DNA from: Burkholderiales bacterium
GTDB lineage: Bacteria > Pseudomonadota > Gammaproteobacteria > Burkholderiales > JAEUOS01
Length of the DNA: 64,000 nt
Assembly (NCBI GenBank): GCA_046160545.1
Contig: JBJXGS010000245.1
Span: forward strand, 25,280-89,279
Direction: 5' to 3'
Made by a program: the position numbers and the translations under genes. Under the pieces are notes generated by a model. That model was given only the letters and a program-made list of their open reading frames with translations, was not told the DNA's origin and did not search any database. How positions within the stretch are numbered: the stretch's first letter is position 1; each line of letters begins with the position of its first letter. Below, one piece after another: positions 1 to 12,000 of the stretch.

Positions 1-3000
1 CCTGCAGCGCCGAATGATTGCCCAGAATGCCGCTGCCGCCCAGGTTGGCCCCGGAGAAAGTCAGCGTGCCGCCGTTGACCAGCAGCGTGCCATCGAGTAT
101 GGGCGCGCCGCTGACTGCGCCGCCCGCAGCCGCCTCGACGGTGGTGCTGCCGGCGATCGTTCCACCGCTGAAAGACAGGGTTTGTGTTTGCACCGTGCCG
201 CCGGATAGCGTCGACCCGGGACCGATGTCAAGCTGGTTGGCGGTGGAGGTGCCCTGGTTGAAAAGGTCGCCGCCGGCAAGCGTGACGCGGTTGATGTTGA
301 ACCCGGCCGGCATGTCGGCCGAGCCGCCTGCATTGATGTCGATCGCGTCGCCCTGCTGCACGAATCCTGCAAAGGCGGTCGGCGCGCCGATCAGGAGGTT
401 GCCGGCGCCCGAAACCGGAACGTTGAGGGCGACAGGGTTCGCGCCGAAGGTCTGCAGTTGTGCATCGTTGACGATCGCACCGCTGCCGTTGATGGTGACG
501 TCGTCAAGCGCCAGGGTGGCGCCGTTCTGGTTTGACAGCGTGCCACCGAGGGTGCGCGTGCCACCGCTGATGCTGCCGCCCTGCTGAAGCCGGACGTCGA
601 CACCCGCGGCGATATTTCCGCCGGTCCAGAAGAATGGCGCATCGACTACCAGAGCGGTGTCGCCGCCAATCTGCCCGCTCTGCTGATCAAAGCTCCCCGC
701 GCGGATGGTGCGCGCACCGCCGGCGCCGGAAACTGCATTGATCTGGCCTGTATTGGTGAGGGTGCTGCCGCCGAGATCGAGGGTTGCATTTCCGCCGGAG
801 CCGCTCGAGGTCAGGTTGATCGTGGTGCTGTTGACAAGCGACCCGCCGATGACAAGCGTGGTGTCGCCGTTTTCGGCATCGACGCTGAGCACGCCGTTGT
901 TGACGAGGCCGCCGCCGTTGGTGAGCGAGGAGAGGCCTGTCGCGCGCAAGTTCGCGCCGCTGGCGACGGTCACCGTCCCCGACCCGGAGACGTCGCTGTT
1001 GGCAAGAGTGGTCGTGCCGCCGTTGAGGTTGAGCGCCGCGTCGAGAACGACGAAATTCGCGATCGTGCCGCCATTGGCGATATCAATAGTCCCGGCGGTC
1101 AGCGCCCCGCCATTCCAGGAGATGGTGTTGGCTGTCACGTTCGGCGTCGCGCCGCCCACGGTCAGGTCCGCAAACAACTCCAATGCGCCGACGACGCTGA
1201 TCGGTGCGTTCACCGTCGTCGGGTTGTAGAAGACGAGATTCTGCGAAACGTTGAACTGGTTGGCATCGACTGTGCCGCCCAATACGGACAGATACACCCC
1301 CACGCCGGGTTGGAAGTTCAGGATTCCGGTGCCGCCCAATTGCACGTTCGAGGCCAGGTCGATGAAGTTGCCGCCGATGGTGGCATTGCCGCTGTTGGCC
1401 CGGATCGCAAAAGTATCGCCGTCCAGATCGGTCATGGTGACGTTCTGGAAGGTGCGCAACACGATGTCGCCAGTACCGGTGACGCGCGCGTCGGCGTTGT
1501 AGATGTCGTTACTGCTGTTCTGCAACGAGACGCCGTCGCGGGCCGTGGCGAGCAGTCGAAAAGCGTTGATCACCCCGCTGCCGCCGGCATCATCGATGCG
1601 GCCGTTCAGCGCCTCAAGGCGCACCAGTCCGTCGGCGTTGCCGCCGCTGCTGGTGAAGAACTGCGAGCCTGACACCCCTGCTGTCCCGTTGAGCGCACCA
1701 GCGACTCCAATGCCCGCGGCGCCGCCCGCGCCTGCACTCTGCGGGCCACCGGCGACGCCGGCCGCGACGCTGACACCGCTTCCGCCGATGATGTCGATGT
1801 TGCCGCCGCCGCTTGAGATGAGGATCGCATCCGGCAAGGCGAGGTTGCCGCCGTTACCTCCAGACGGCGCACTGCCGCCGGTACCGCCATTGCCGCCGCG
1901 CCGCGGGTTGGTGGCACCGGGACCGAAGAAGCCGCTCGCACCGCCGCCGGCACCACCATTGCCGCCGTTGCCCCCGCCACCGGCGTTACCGGCCCCGGCA
2001 TAGACCGAACCCGCAACGCTGATGCTGCCACCGGTCGAGGGCGTCGTGCGCAGGGTCACGAGAGCGACGTTGCCGCCATTTCCGCCCACCCCGCCCGATC
2101 CGCCGCTGCCGCCATTGCCGCCGTTGGAGAACGCCAGGCCGTTGCCACCGACGCCACCTAAGGCGCCGTTGCCGCCCTCGCCACCGTTGGCAGCGCGCGA
2201 TTCGATCGCGCCACTCGCGTCGATGGTCGTGTTGGCCAGTACTTGCACCGTCCCGCCTGCGCCGCCAACGCCACCCGTGCCGCCTGCACCACCAGTCTGG
2301 CCATTGGTCGCGAAGACTATGGCCGACACCGCGTTCGCGCCCGCACTGCCGGCAGCGCCATTGCCACCGATGCCTCCCAAGGCGCCCAGCGACTGCACGA
2401 CACCCGAGAAACCGACTGCGACCGCACCGCTGGTGCTGTTGATCGTGACCGCGCCGCCCGCGCCGCCGGCAGCAGCTGCTGTCCCCGCGTCGCCCGCGAC
2501 GACGGCGTCGAAGCCGCGTCCGCCGGTGCCGCCGGTCGACACTACGTTGCCGTCGATGGCGATGTTGCCGCCGATGCCGGTCACGTTTACCGCGCCGCCT
2601 GCCTGCCCGGCAGTCGCCGCCAGCACTGCCGTGGCGTTGGCGCCGTTGGTACCGGTGCTACTGATGGCGGCACCTCCGGCAACGTGCACCGCGAGCCCAC
2701 CGCTGCCGGCCGTGCCGGTTACGCTGACATTGCCGCCGGCCAGCGACCTGACCGCGCCACCTCCAGCGATGGTCACACCGTGGTTGTCCGTGCCGCTGCC
2801 GGCCCCGCCTACGCCGACGATGCCGATCGCGCCGCTTGCGCTGCCGACAAGGGTTCCGCCACCGATGCTCACGCCATGGTTGTTGCTGACGCCTGCGAAC
2901 CCGGTGCCGCGGATGCTGATCGCGCCGCCGCCCGTGCTGATGGTCGTGCCGAACAGCCCGACACCATCGTTGAAAAAGGCAGTGCCGACCGCGGATGTCG

Positions 3001-6000
3001 TCAGCGGATCGGCCCCGCCGCCCGCGGTGAACGTCCCGCCGGCCGTAGTGATGCTGGTGCCGCCGAAGAGCGCAATCGCACCGTCGCCCGCGCCGGCACG
3101 ATCGGAATTGAGGATGACGTTCAACGGCTGGGTGGTGCTGATGCTGCCGGTCCCGCCGTTGCTGAAGACGACGCTCGCGTCCGAAATGGCGGCGAAGCTG
3201 CGGCCGGCCACCCCGGCCGTGTTGGTGTAGGCGGCATTGACGACCACGTCGGCCTGGCCGCGCAATGTTGTGCTGCCTGCGCCGCTGATGGCCCCCTGCA
3301 TGGTCACACCGGCACCTAGCGCCTGCACAAACAAGTTGTCCAATACGTTGGAGGCGCCGAGCAACACCGAACCGTTGGTGATGAACTGCGTGACGCGCGT
3401 GCCGCTGAAGCGGAACACGCCGCTGCCGCCGACGATATTGCCGAGATTGGCGAGCGTCACGTCGCCCAGGGTCGAACCCGCGACGATGCGCACGTTGCGA
3501 TTGCCGAAGTTGATCGCCGCAGCCTGTGTCAGGTTGTAGTCGATCGCGCTACCGGTGCTGAGGAGCGGATCTATCGTGCGTAGCGTGAGCGGCCCGGCAA
3601 TGCTGTTGCCGGCATTGGCAAGCGTGATCGCAGCTGCGGTCGGTGTCGGTCCGCCCGCGGTCGTGTTGGTACCGGTGAGCAGGATGTCGATGTTGGCCTG
3701 CGTCGCCTGGTCGTAGACCGACTGCGTCAAGCCGAAGTTGGTTCCCCCTCCGCCGGCGGTGATGGTCGAGGTCCCGGCGCCGTTGACGACTCCAGCGCCG
3801 CTGGCCTGCCCGTTGACGCGCTGGTTGGCGGTGTTGTGCGTCCCGCTGGTGGTGACGGACACGGTCCCGCCGATATCGACGGTCGAGCCATAGTCCACGT
3901 TGCGCGTCCCTGCGGCAAGCGTGAAGTTACCGGCGATGCGCGAACCGCCCGCGATCGTCAGCCCGCCTCCGCCGGGGTTCTGCGCAGTCACATCGACTGA
4001 ACCCAGGGTCGCAGCGGCCGATGTGTCGAAGGTCGCGCCTGCAGCGGCGGTGATCGAGGTGCCGCCGGCCTGCGTGATCGCGGCGTTGTTGATGATCGAG
4101 AGCGCGCCGGCGGAGGTGATGTTGCCCAGCGCCAGCGCGCCTGTATTGCGCACGCTCGCTGCCCCCCCGCTGGTGTTGGACATCGTGAGCGACCCGGTCG
4201 CCGTGTCGAGGTCGATGCCGTTGATCGCACTCAGTGTGACCGTCGGCGCGGTCACGTTGACCGTGCCGGCGCCGTTTGCGTCGGTGATGGCACCGGCGGG
4301 TGCCGCGAGCGTGACCGAACTGGTCGCTGCAAACGAAGGCGCCGCCAGATTTCCGGTCGACTGGGTGATGCTGATATTGGCCAGAGTCCCGGCCAGAGTC
4401 CCGCCGGTGCGGCTGTAGCTGTTGGTCACCGTCAGGTTGCCGCTGCCCCCCATGCTGCCGCCGCTTTGCGACAAGGTCGGGACGGTGAGTGTCTGCCCGG
4501 CAGCAAGGGTCGTCGTGCCGCCGGCCTGGACGAAACTCATGCCTGGGCCGAGCGTGGTATTGCCGGCGATGGTCGCGGTGTCGTTCAGGCCGAGCAGTCC
4601 AACTGTCCAGATGCCGTCGCCAGTGAGGCTCGAGCCGGCGTTCATGTTGATCGTGCCGAAGTGCCCGTTGGTACCGTTGCGGAACTGGGCGCCGAGGGCG
4701 AACACCATCGACCCGGAGTTGTTGAAGGTCGCGCCGGTGAGGTAGTTGAAGTTGCTGCCAGCGGCGATGTTGATGGTCGCGCCCGCCGCGTTGTTGAACG
4801 TACCCTCGAAGGTTGCGTCGGTGCCGCCGCCGGGGTTGCTGTTGAAGACGGCCCCGGACTGGTTGTTGAAAATGCCCGTACCTAACAGGTCGTGGGCGTT
4901 GTTCGAGGTCTGGGCGTTGAACACGCCCGAGTTGGTGATCGTGCCAATGTTGGTTACCGCACCGCTGCTCCAGGTGGTGGTGCCGGCATTGGTCAGAGTG
5001 CGCGAATTGGTGACACCTCCTGTGATCGCCAACGTCGCGCCCGACTGGAGGGCAGTCGTGCCGCCACCCGCCATCGACCCACCGGACCAGGTCATCGCTC
5101 CGCTGACGTTCACCAGGCCAGTACCGGTCAGGGTACCGCCGGATTGGGTCGCGTTGACCAGATTGGTCGGGCCGTTGAAGGTCGCCGTGCCGCTGGGCAG
5201 TGCGAGCGAGTTTGCACTGAGCGTGCCGCCGAAGGTGGCGCTTGCCCCGCTGACGGACAGGTTGGCGATATTCATCGCCGTGGCCGGCGCGAAGGTCGCG
5301 GTCGCGCTGCCCGATCCGCCGTTGCCGACGGTCACATCCCCGGACAGCGAGAAAGCGCCGTTGACGTTGACGTTGCCGCCGCGGAAGACATGGAATCCGC
5401 CCGCGCCGGTGAACGACGACGCCGCCGAGTGTGTGGCCGGCCCGCCCCACTCGATGTTGGCGCCGGAGGCGACCGTGGTGGCGCCGTTGTTCGTGACCGT
5501 GCCGCCGCCGGTGGCGCCGTTCTGGCCGAAGTTGAACTGCAGGGTGCCGACCTGCACGTCGATCGCACCGTTGTTGGTGAAGTTGATGAAGTTGGCAGTG
5601 CCGGCGACCGCGCCCAGGGATCCCAGCGTGGTCGCCGAATTGCTGTTGGGCGCACCCGGACCGCCGGACTTGCGGATGATGCCGGTGGCGCCGTTGGTGA
5701 AGCTGACTGTTCCGACGCCGCCGCTCCTGTCGCCCAGATTGAGGTTGGTCGTCGTTTCGAACAGACCGTTGTTGACGACCGTGCCGTTGCCGACGACGTC
5801 GATCATCCCCGCGCTCCAGAGGAAGGTGCCGCCGCTGTCGATGGTCAGCGTGCCGGCGCCGATGCGCTTCTGCGCGTCCGTCGGGCCGATGACGTTGAGC
5901 GTCGCGCCCGTGCCGACGCGCAGGCCGCCGCTCAGTGTCGTCTGCGCCGTGTCGGTCCATGTGCCCGTGCCGGTCAACGTCACCCCGCCGGCTCCGGCGG

Positions 6001-9000
6001 CGATGGTTCCGCCCGACCAGGTGAGGCCGCCCGTGTTGACAATGCTGGTCGGCGTGAAGGTACCGCCGGAGATGGTCAGAGACCCGAGGGTACTCGCCGC
6101 CCCTGCGTTGAACATCGTGGTGCCGGCGGAGGTGACAGTGCCGGCAGTCGCACCGGAGGCGCCGTTGAAGAGCGCGGTGGTGCCGGCCGCGACATTGAAG
6201 TCACCGCCGGTCACCGCGCCGCTCACGGTGTTGTTGCCGGCGCCGGTGAAACTGAAGAGGGCTCCGCCACCGAAGGACGAGCTCGCGCCAAAGGTGCGAA
6301 CGCTGCCGGAGAAGTGCACGATTCCGCCCGCAAGCCCCGTGTAGGCCATCTGGTTGGTACCGCTGAAACTGCTTAAGGCCAGTGTTCCGGCCTGCCCGTC
6401 GACGCTGCCGCTGCCGGTCCAGGTATTCGCGCCGTCGCCGGCCGACAGCGTCGCAGTACCTGCACCGGACTTGACGATCTGGCCGGCATTGGTGAACTGG
6501 TCGACGCTCGAAATCGTCCCCGCGCCGACCAGATTGAGTATGCCGGTGGCCTGGTTGTTGAAGATGGTCGTGCCGTCGCCCAGGTTGAACGACGCGCCGT
6601 TGTGGTTCCAGGTGCCGGCGTTGTTGACCGTAATGCCGTTGTCGCCCAGGACCGTGCCGCTGATATTGGCGATGGCACCATTGCCGATGTTGAGCACCGG
6701 CAGGTTGAAGGCAGCGCCGCCTGCCCAGTTGAGGGCTGTGTTGACGGTCAGCGATTCCCCGTTGGCACCGCCCGCCCCGGCGACTGTTCCGGCGTTCCAG
6801 TTGAGGGTGTTGACCGAACTCGGACGCAGGAACTGCAGGGTGTAGTTGGTTCCGGGGGACAAGGTGACCGTGTTGAGCGCCGCGCGCGCATCGACGGTGA
6901 CTTGCGGGCCACCGACGCCCGAGAGCGTCCAGGTGCCGCTGGAGAGCAGGCCCGTCCCGACGTTGCTGCTGGTGAGCGTACTGCCTAACCCGGAAAAGCT
7001 GACGTTGGCCGCGCCAAAATCGATGACTCCCGCGCCTGCGTTGATGTTACCGCCGATCGAAAGCGTGCCGGCGCCGGACAAAAGCGTGGTGTCGCCGCCG
7101 GTGATGAGCGTGCCGCTGAGCGTCAGACCGGTAGCGCCTGTGACGCCTAAGGTGCCGGTGACGGTCGATGCGCCCAGTACCGTGGCGTCTGCCACCGTCA
7201 AAGCAGTGTTGCGGGTGTTGGTGAAGGTCGCCTGCGAAAGCGAATTGTTGCTGGCGTTAGTGAGCGTCACGTCGTTGACGCCGCTTCCGGTCACCGTCAG
7301 GTTCTTGCCGCCAAAGTTGAGCGCGCCTCCCTGCACCAGGTTGTAGGCGGCCGGGCCAGTGCTGATGACGGGATCGGCCGTCCGAATGGTGACCGGACCG
7401 GTGATCACGTTCGGGGCAGCGGCGAGCGCAATGGCCGAAGCGGACCGGACGTTGCCCGCGGTATAGGCTGCGCCCGTCAGGTTGACTACGACGTTGGCCT
7501 GCGTGGCAGATCCGTAGAGGCTGGACAGATCGAAGTCACTGCCGGCACCGCCGGCGCCGCCGGCGGTGATGGTGGAAGTGCCTGCGCCGTTGACGATGCT
7601 CGCCGCGATGCCCTGCCCGGTGACACGCAGGTTGCCGGTATTGGTCTGGCCGCCGGCGGTGATGCTGGTCGTGCCGCCGACATCGACGGTGCCGCCGTAG
7701 TCGACGATGCGCCCACCGGCGTTGAGGGTGAGGTTGCCCGCGATCTTCGAAGTGCCGGCAATCGAGAGGATGCCACCGCTGTCCGCACGCAGCGCCACCG
7801 ACCCGTTGTTGGTCGACGCACTGGTGTCCAGCGCAAGACTGCTTGCGGTGATGGTGCCGGACGCAGACTGATTGATCGTGCCGTTGAGGGGCGCGGTCGC
7901 GGTGAGGCTGACGGCTCCGCTGCCGGCACTAAGCGGAGCATCGAGTTGGAGGATGGCGGCATTCAGGTTGACCGCACCGTTGTTGGTCGACGATGATCCG
8001 AAGACGGATAGAAAGCCGCTCGAGTTGACCGTCACCGAGCCGCCGGGCACGTTGTTGAAGAAAGTCAATCCCACGATCGACACGCCGTTCGCGGCCGTGA
8101 TGTTGCCACTAGTGGAGACGCTGAGGTTGGCGACACCGAGGCTGTTGGTCGCGTTGGTCAGGTTGATGCCTTGCGCTGCGTGTGCAAACGTGTTGCTGCT
8201 CGCGATCCGGCCGGCGCCGGTAATCGTGCCTGTGTTCGTCCCGCCTTCGGTCGTCCGCACAAACAGTGCTTCGGTAGTGGAGATGTTGGCGTTGAACGCG
8301 ATGTTGCCGCCGCGTGTCGTCAAATTGGTGAAGATCGGTTGCAACGCGCCGGTAAGCACGATGTTGCCGGCGACCGTGAGCGGCGCCGCCCATGCGGCGA
8401 TGGTGAGGTTGCCGCTGTTGAGCGTGAAAGTGTCGAGCATGGACTGCGTGACGACACCGGCACCGGAACCACTGTCGGTCAGGACGATGGGCACGGTCGA
8501 GTTGGTCGGCGCGAGGATCTGGATGCCACCAGTGCTGCCAAAGGTCGTGGCGTTGGTCGTACTGCCAGCGCCGATGATGAGATGATCGGTCGTGTAGACC
8601 ACCCGACCGCCACGCACCTGCCCATTGACGGTTGTGCTGGCCGTCCCGCCGATCCCGAGATTGCCCAGATTCAACGTGCCGCTACCGGCGTCGACATCCT
8701 CGCTGGCGGCGGTATTGGCGACCGTGACGTTGCTGTTGGCGCCGGTGGTCTGCACGGTAAGGTTGGCGTTATTCGTGCGCACGCCGTCGAGGACGTCCAC
8801 CGAGCCGATCAAGACGCCAGAGTTATTGGTCAGCGACAAGGCCTGACCGGCGCCGCTGACTGTCGCGGCGAAGCTGCCCACCTGCGTCCCGCCGGCCAGC
8901 GAAACGGCGTTGACTGCGCGCACCCCAAGAGCGCCGGCAGTGATGTTGCCGCCGCCGATGGTGGCGACGCCGCCGCCCGTTTCCAGCGACAAAACGCCAG

Positions 9001-12000
9001 GGCTCACCGTGATCGGGTTTGAGATCGAAATGTCGCCCGCAGTGCTGGTGCCAATGCGCAGCATCGCGCCTGTAATGCTGCCGATCTCGCTCGCGGTCAG
9101 GCTGAGCGCCCCCGCGACTTCGGTTCCCAAGTCGATTGGTCGGCCCGGGCTGACATTGAAGAAACGCACCGCGCCGGCAGTACCCGCGTTGACGCTGCCC
9201 GCTGCGGACCCCAGCGCCGCGTTGTCGACCGAAAAGACGATGTCTCCACCGGTGGACGTCGCGCCGTTGCCTGTCGAATTGACCGCGTTGGCGCCGGTCG
9301 CAAGAATCTGCACGCTGCTTGCACCCAGCGACACCAGCCCGCCGTTGCTCTGTACTCTTCCGCCGATGGGCACGATGATTCCGCCCGTGGCGCCGGCGCT
9401 GCCGACGTTGCCGCCCGGGGCACTGTTGGTCGCGCTGAAGTTGTAGGAGCCGCCGGAGTTGTTGTTGACGGCCAGGTCTCCGGTTGTGCTGTTGGTGCCG
9501 ATGTAGCTGGCGAAGCTGTTGATGCCCGCAGTGAGTACGGTGCCCGCGCCGGAAGTAGTGGTCAACGCACCGGCATTGATGACGCCACCTATAGCCTGAC
9601 TGATCGACCCGCCCGCCGCACTGGTCGTCAGCGACGCGCTGCCGCCGGTTCGGATCTGGCCGGCGTTGAGCGCGAGGTTGCCAGTGCCGCCCAGGCCGGC
9701 GTTGACAGTGACCGAGCCGGCGCCTGATGTGCTCGACCCGACGATCGCGCCGCCAACCGCGCCGGCATTGAGGGTGACTCCACCCTGCACGTTCGCCGTC
9801 ACGGTCGCGCCGGCGTTGATGGCACCGACTATGGCGACAGACCCGATCGTGCCTGCGCCGCTGCCCCCCGTGAGTTGCAGGGTGCCGCCAACAGTAAGCG
9901 TGGTGTTCGCCGGGTTGTCGAGGCTGCCGATGATTGCCGCGGAGTCGTTACCGGCACCGCCTTGCAACGTCACGTTGCCGGTGGCGTTGACGACCTGCGT
10001 CTGAAGTGCGTTGCCGACGACGATAGCCGCAGCGCCGATGGTCCCGCCGGCGCCGCCGGTCAACGAGATGCTGCTGGCGTTGATGGTCTGCGTACCCGAT
10101 CCCACCAGGTCATCAACGACGATGGCGGCCGCGTTGTCGTCATTGACCGCCCCGCCGCTGGCACCACCAACCGCGGCGATCGCCGCGTTGCCGTTGATAG
10201 TCTGATTGCCGCCGTTGACAACGATCACCGCGGCGTTGCCGTTGCCGACCGTGCCGCCGGTCAGGTTGATGTTGCCGCCTGAGGCGAAGGAAATGGTCTG
10301 GCTCGTCGCGCTCGCCAGGTTGTTGTCGAACGAAGCCTCGTTGCCATTGCCGCCGGTGCCGCCGAGAATGGTCAGCACACTGCCGGCGGCCGAGAAATCG
10401 AGGGACTGGATGGGCCCGCTATTCTCGATGCGCGCGAAATTGTCAGTGCCAGTCCCGCCCGCGATAAAAACGTCGCCTCCGCCATTGACCGTGATCGTCT
10501 GGTGGGTCGCGGCGCCGGTCTGCTTGATACCGGCCCAGTTGTTGGTTCCCGTGCCGCCACTGACCGCGATGCCGCCGGCGCCGACGGTGATGATCTGCCC
10601 GCCGGCCGACCTGATCTCCGCGAAATTACCGCTGCCGCTTGCAGCACCTTGCACGGTGATGCCGTTGGCGTTGATGGTCTGCAAGCCAGTGGATTCGATG
10701 AAGGTCTGGCCCGGGATCGCGACGACGCCTGCGGCCACCGTGAGGGTACCGGTCGCGTTGATCGAAAGCGTCCCGCCGGCATTGATGGTGGTGTCGTTGA
10801 CGACCACATTGTTGGCGCTGATCGCGATGTTGCCGCTGGTCAGTGTCCGGTCGAGCGACGCCGCGAAGAAGGGGGTGAAAGTCAGCGTCCCGCTCGCCTT
10901 GGTGACGCTTACGTTACCTGCGCCGTTGGTCGTGAGGCGCCGCACGTTCGTGTTGCCGGCGCTGGTCTCGGTAAGAGTGACATTGTTGCCACCGCTTCCG
11001 ATTACGCGGAATGAAGGAGCGGAAAACACCATTCCCGCGCTGCCGGACGCTTGTCCGATCGCGCCCAGCGCGTTGAAAGTGACGGCGTTGGCGCTGAGCG
11101 TGAGTGCATTCGCAGTGCCGGTGTTGCTGTCGCGATCGATCGTTCCGGTGGTGCCGAACGCGCCGGAACTGGTCGGCAGCAGGGTCACTGAGTTGGCACC
11201 GGTGCCGAAGGTGATCGGCCCGCTGGAAAACGTCACGCTTGGCGTCGGGCTGCCGACGCGCAGGAGCCCGCCGGTGCTGTTCGCGCCGACCCGGTTCAGG
11301 TGGATGCGATCGATGGTCGCCTGAGACAACCTGAAGGTCGGCAGCGCGTTGCCGTTGGGCAACAGTCCTGAGGTCTGATTGCCGACATAGATCTCGGCCA
11401 GATAGGCGCCGTTGATGCCGCGCGGCGCCACGTAGACGTCGGCGTTGTCGCCGACATTGACGTCGCCGGCGATGTTGAGACTCGCGCCGACCAGCTCCAC
11501 AGGAAGGACACCGTTGGGGACGCCGGCCGCATCCGTCACGTGCGCCGTCGATGTGGTGGTCAGAAACTTGCCGGCGGCCAGGTTCACGGCGTTCGTGGCC
11601 GTGCCCGTCCGATTGCTGTCCGCCAGCGCCCATAGCCGTCCAACGCCGACGTTGACGTTGTCGTTGAAGTTGATCGCACCGACCGATGAGGCGATCAGCC
11701 CGCGCGTGCTTGTCTGGTTGGCGCCGCTGTCGCCGTTGATCGTGACCAGGCCGAAATTGAGGTTGGCACCGCCGGAGATCCACACGTCGGTGGGCGCATG
11801 GGTCTGGCCGATGGCGATGCTGGACGGCGCCTCGACACCGGAGAATGCCAGGTAGTTGGCGGTATCGATGGCATTCTGACTTGGAAACAGCTGCCAGGTC
11901 CCCGAGCCGATCGCACCGGTGGTATCGAGGGTGACCGCGCCGTTCTGCGTGCCGACGTGTGAGTTGAGCGACGTCGGCCCGCGCGGCACTATGATGCCGC

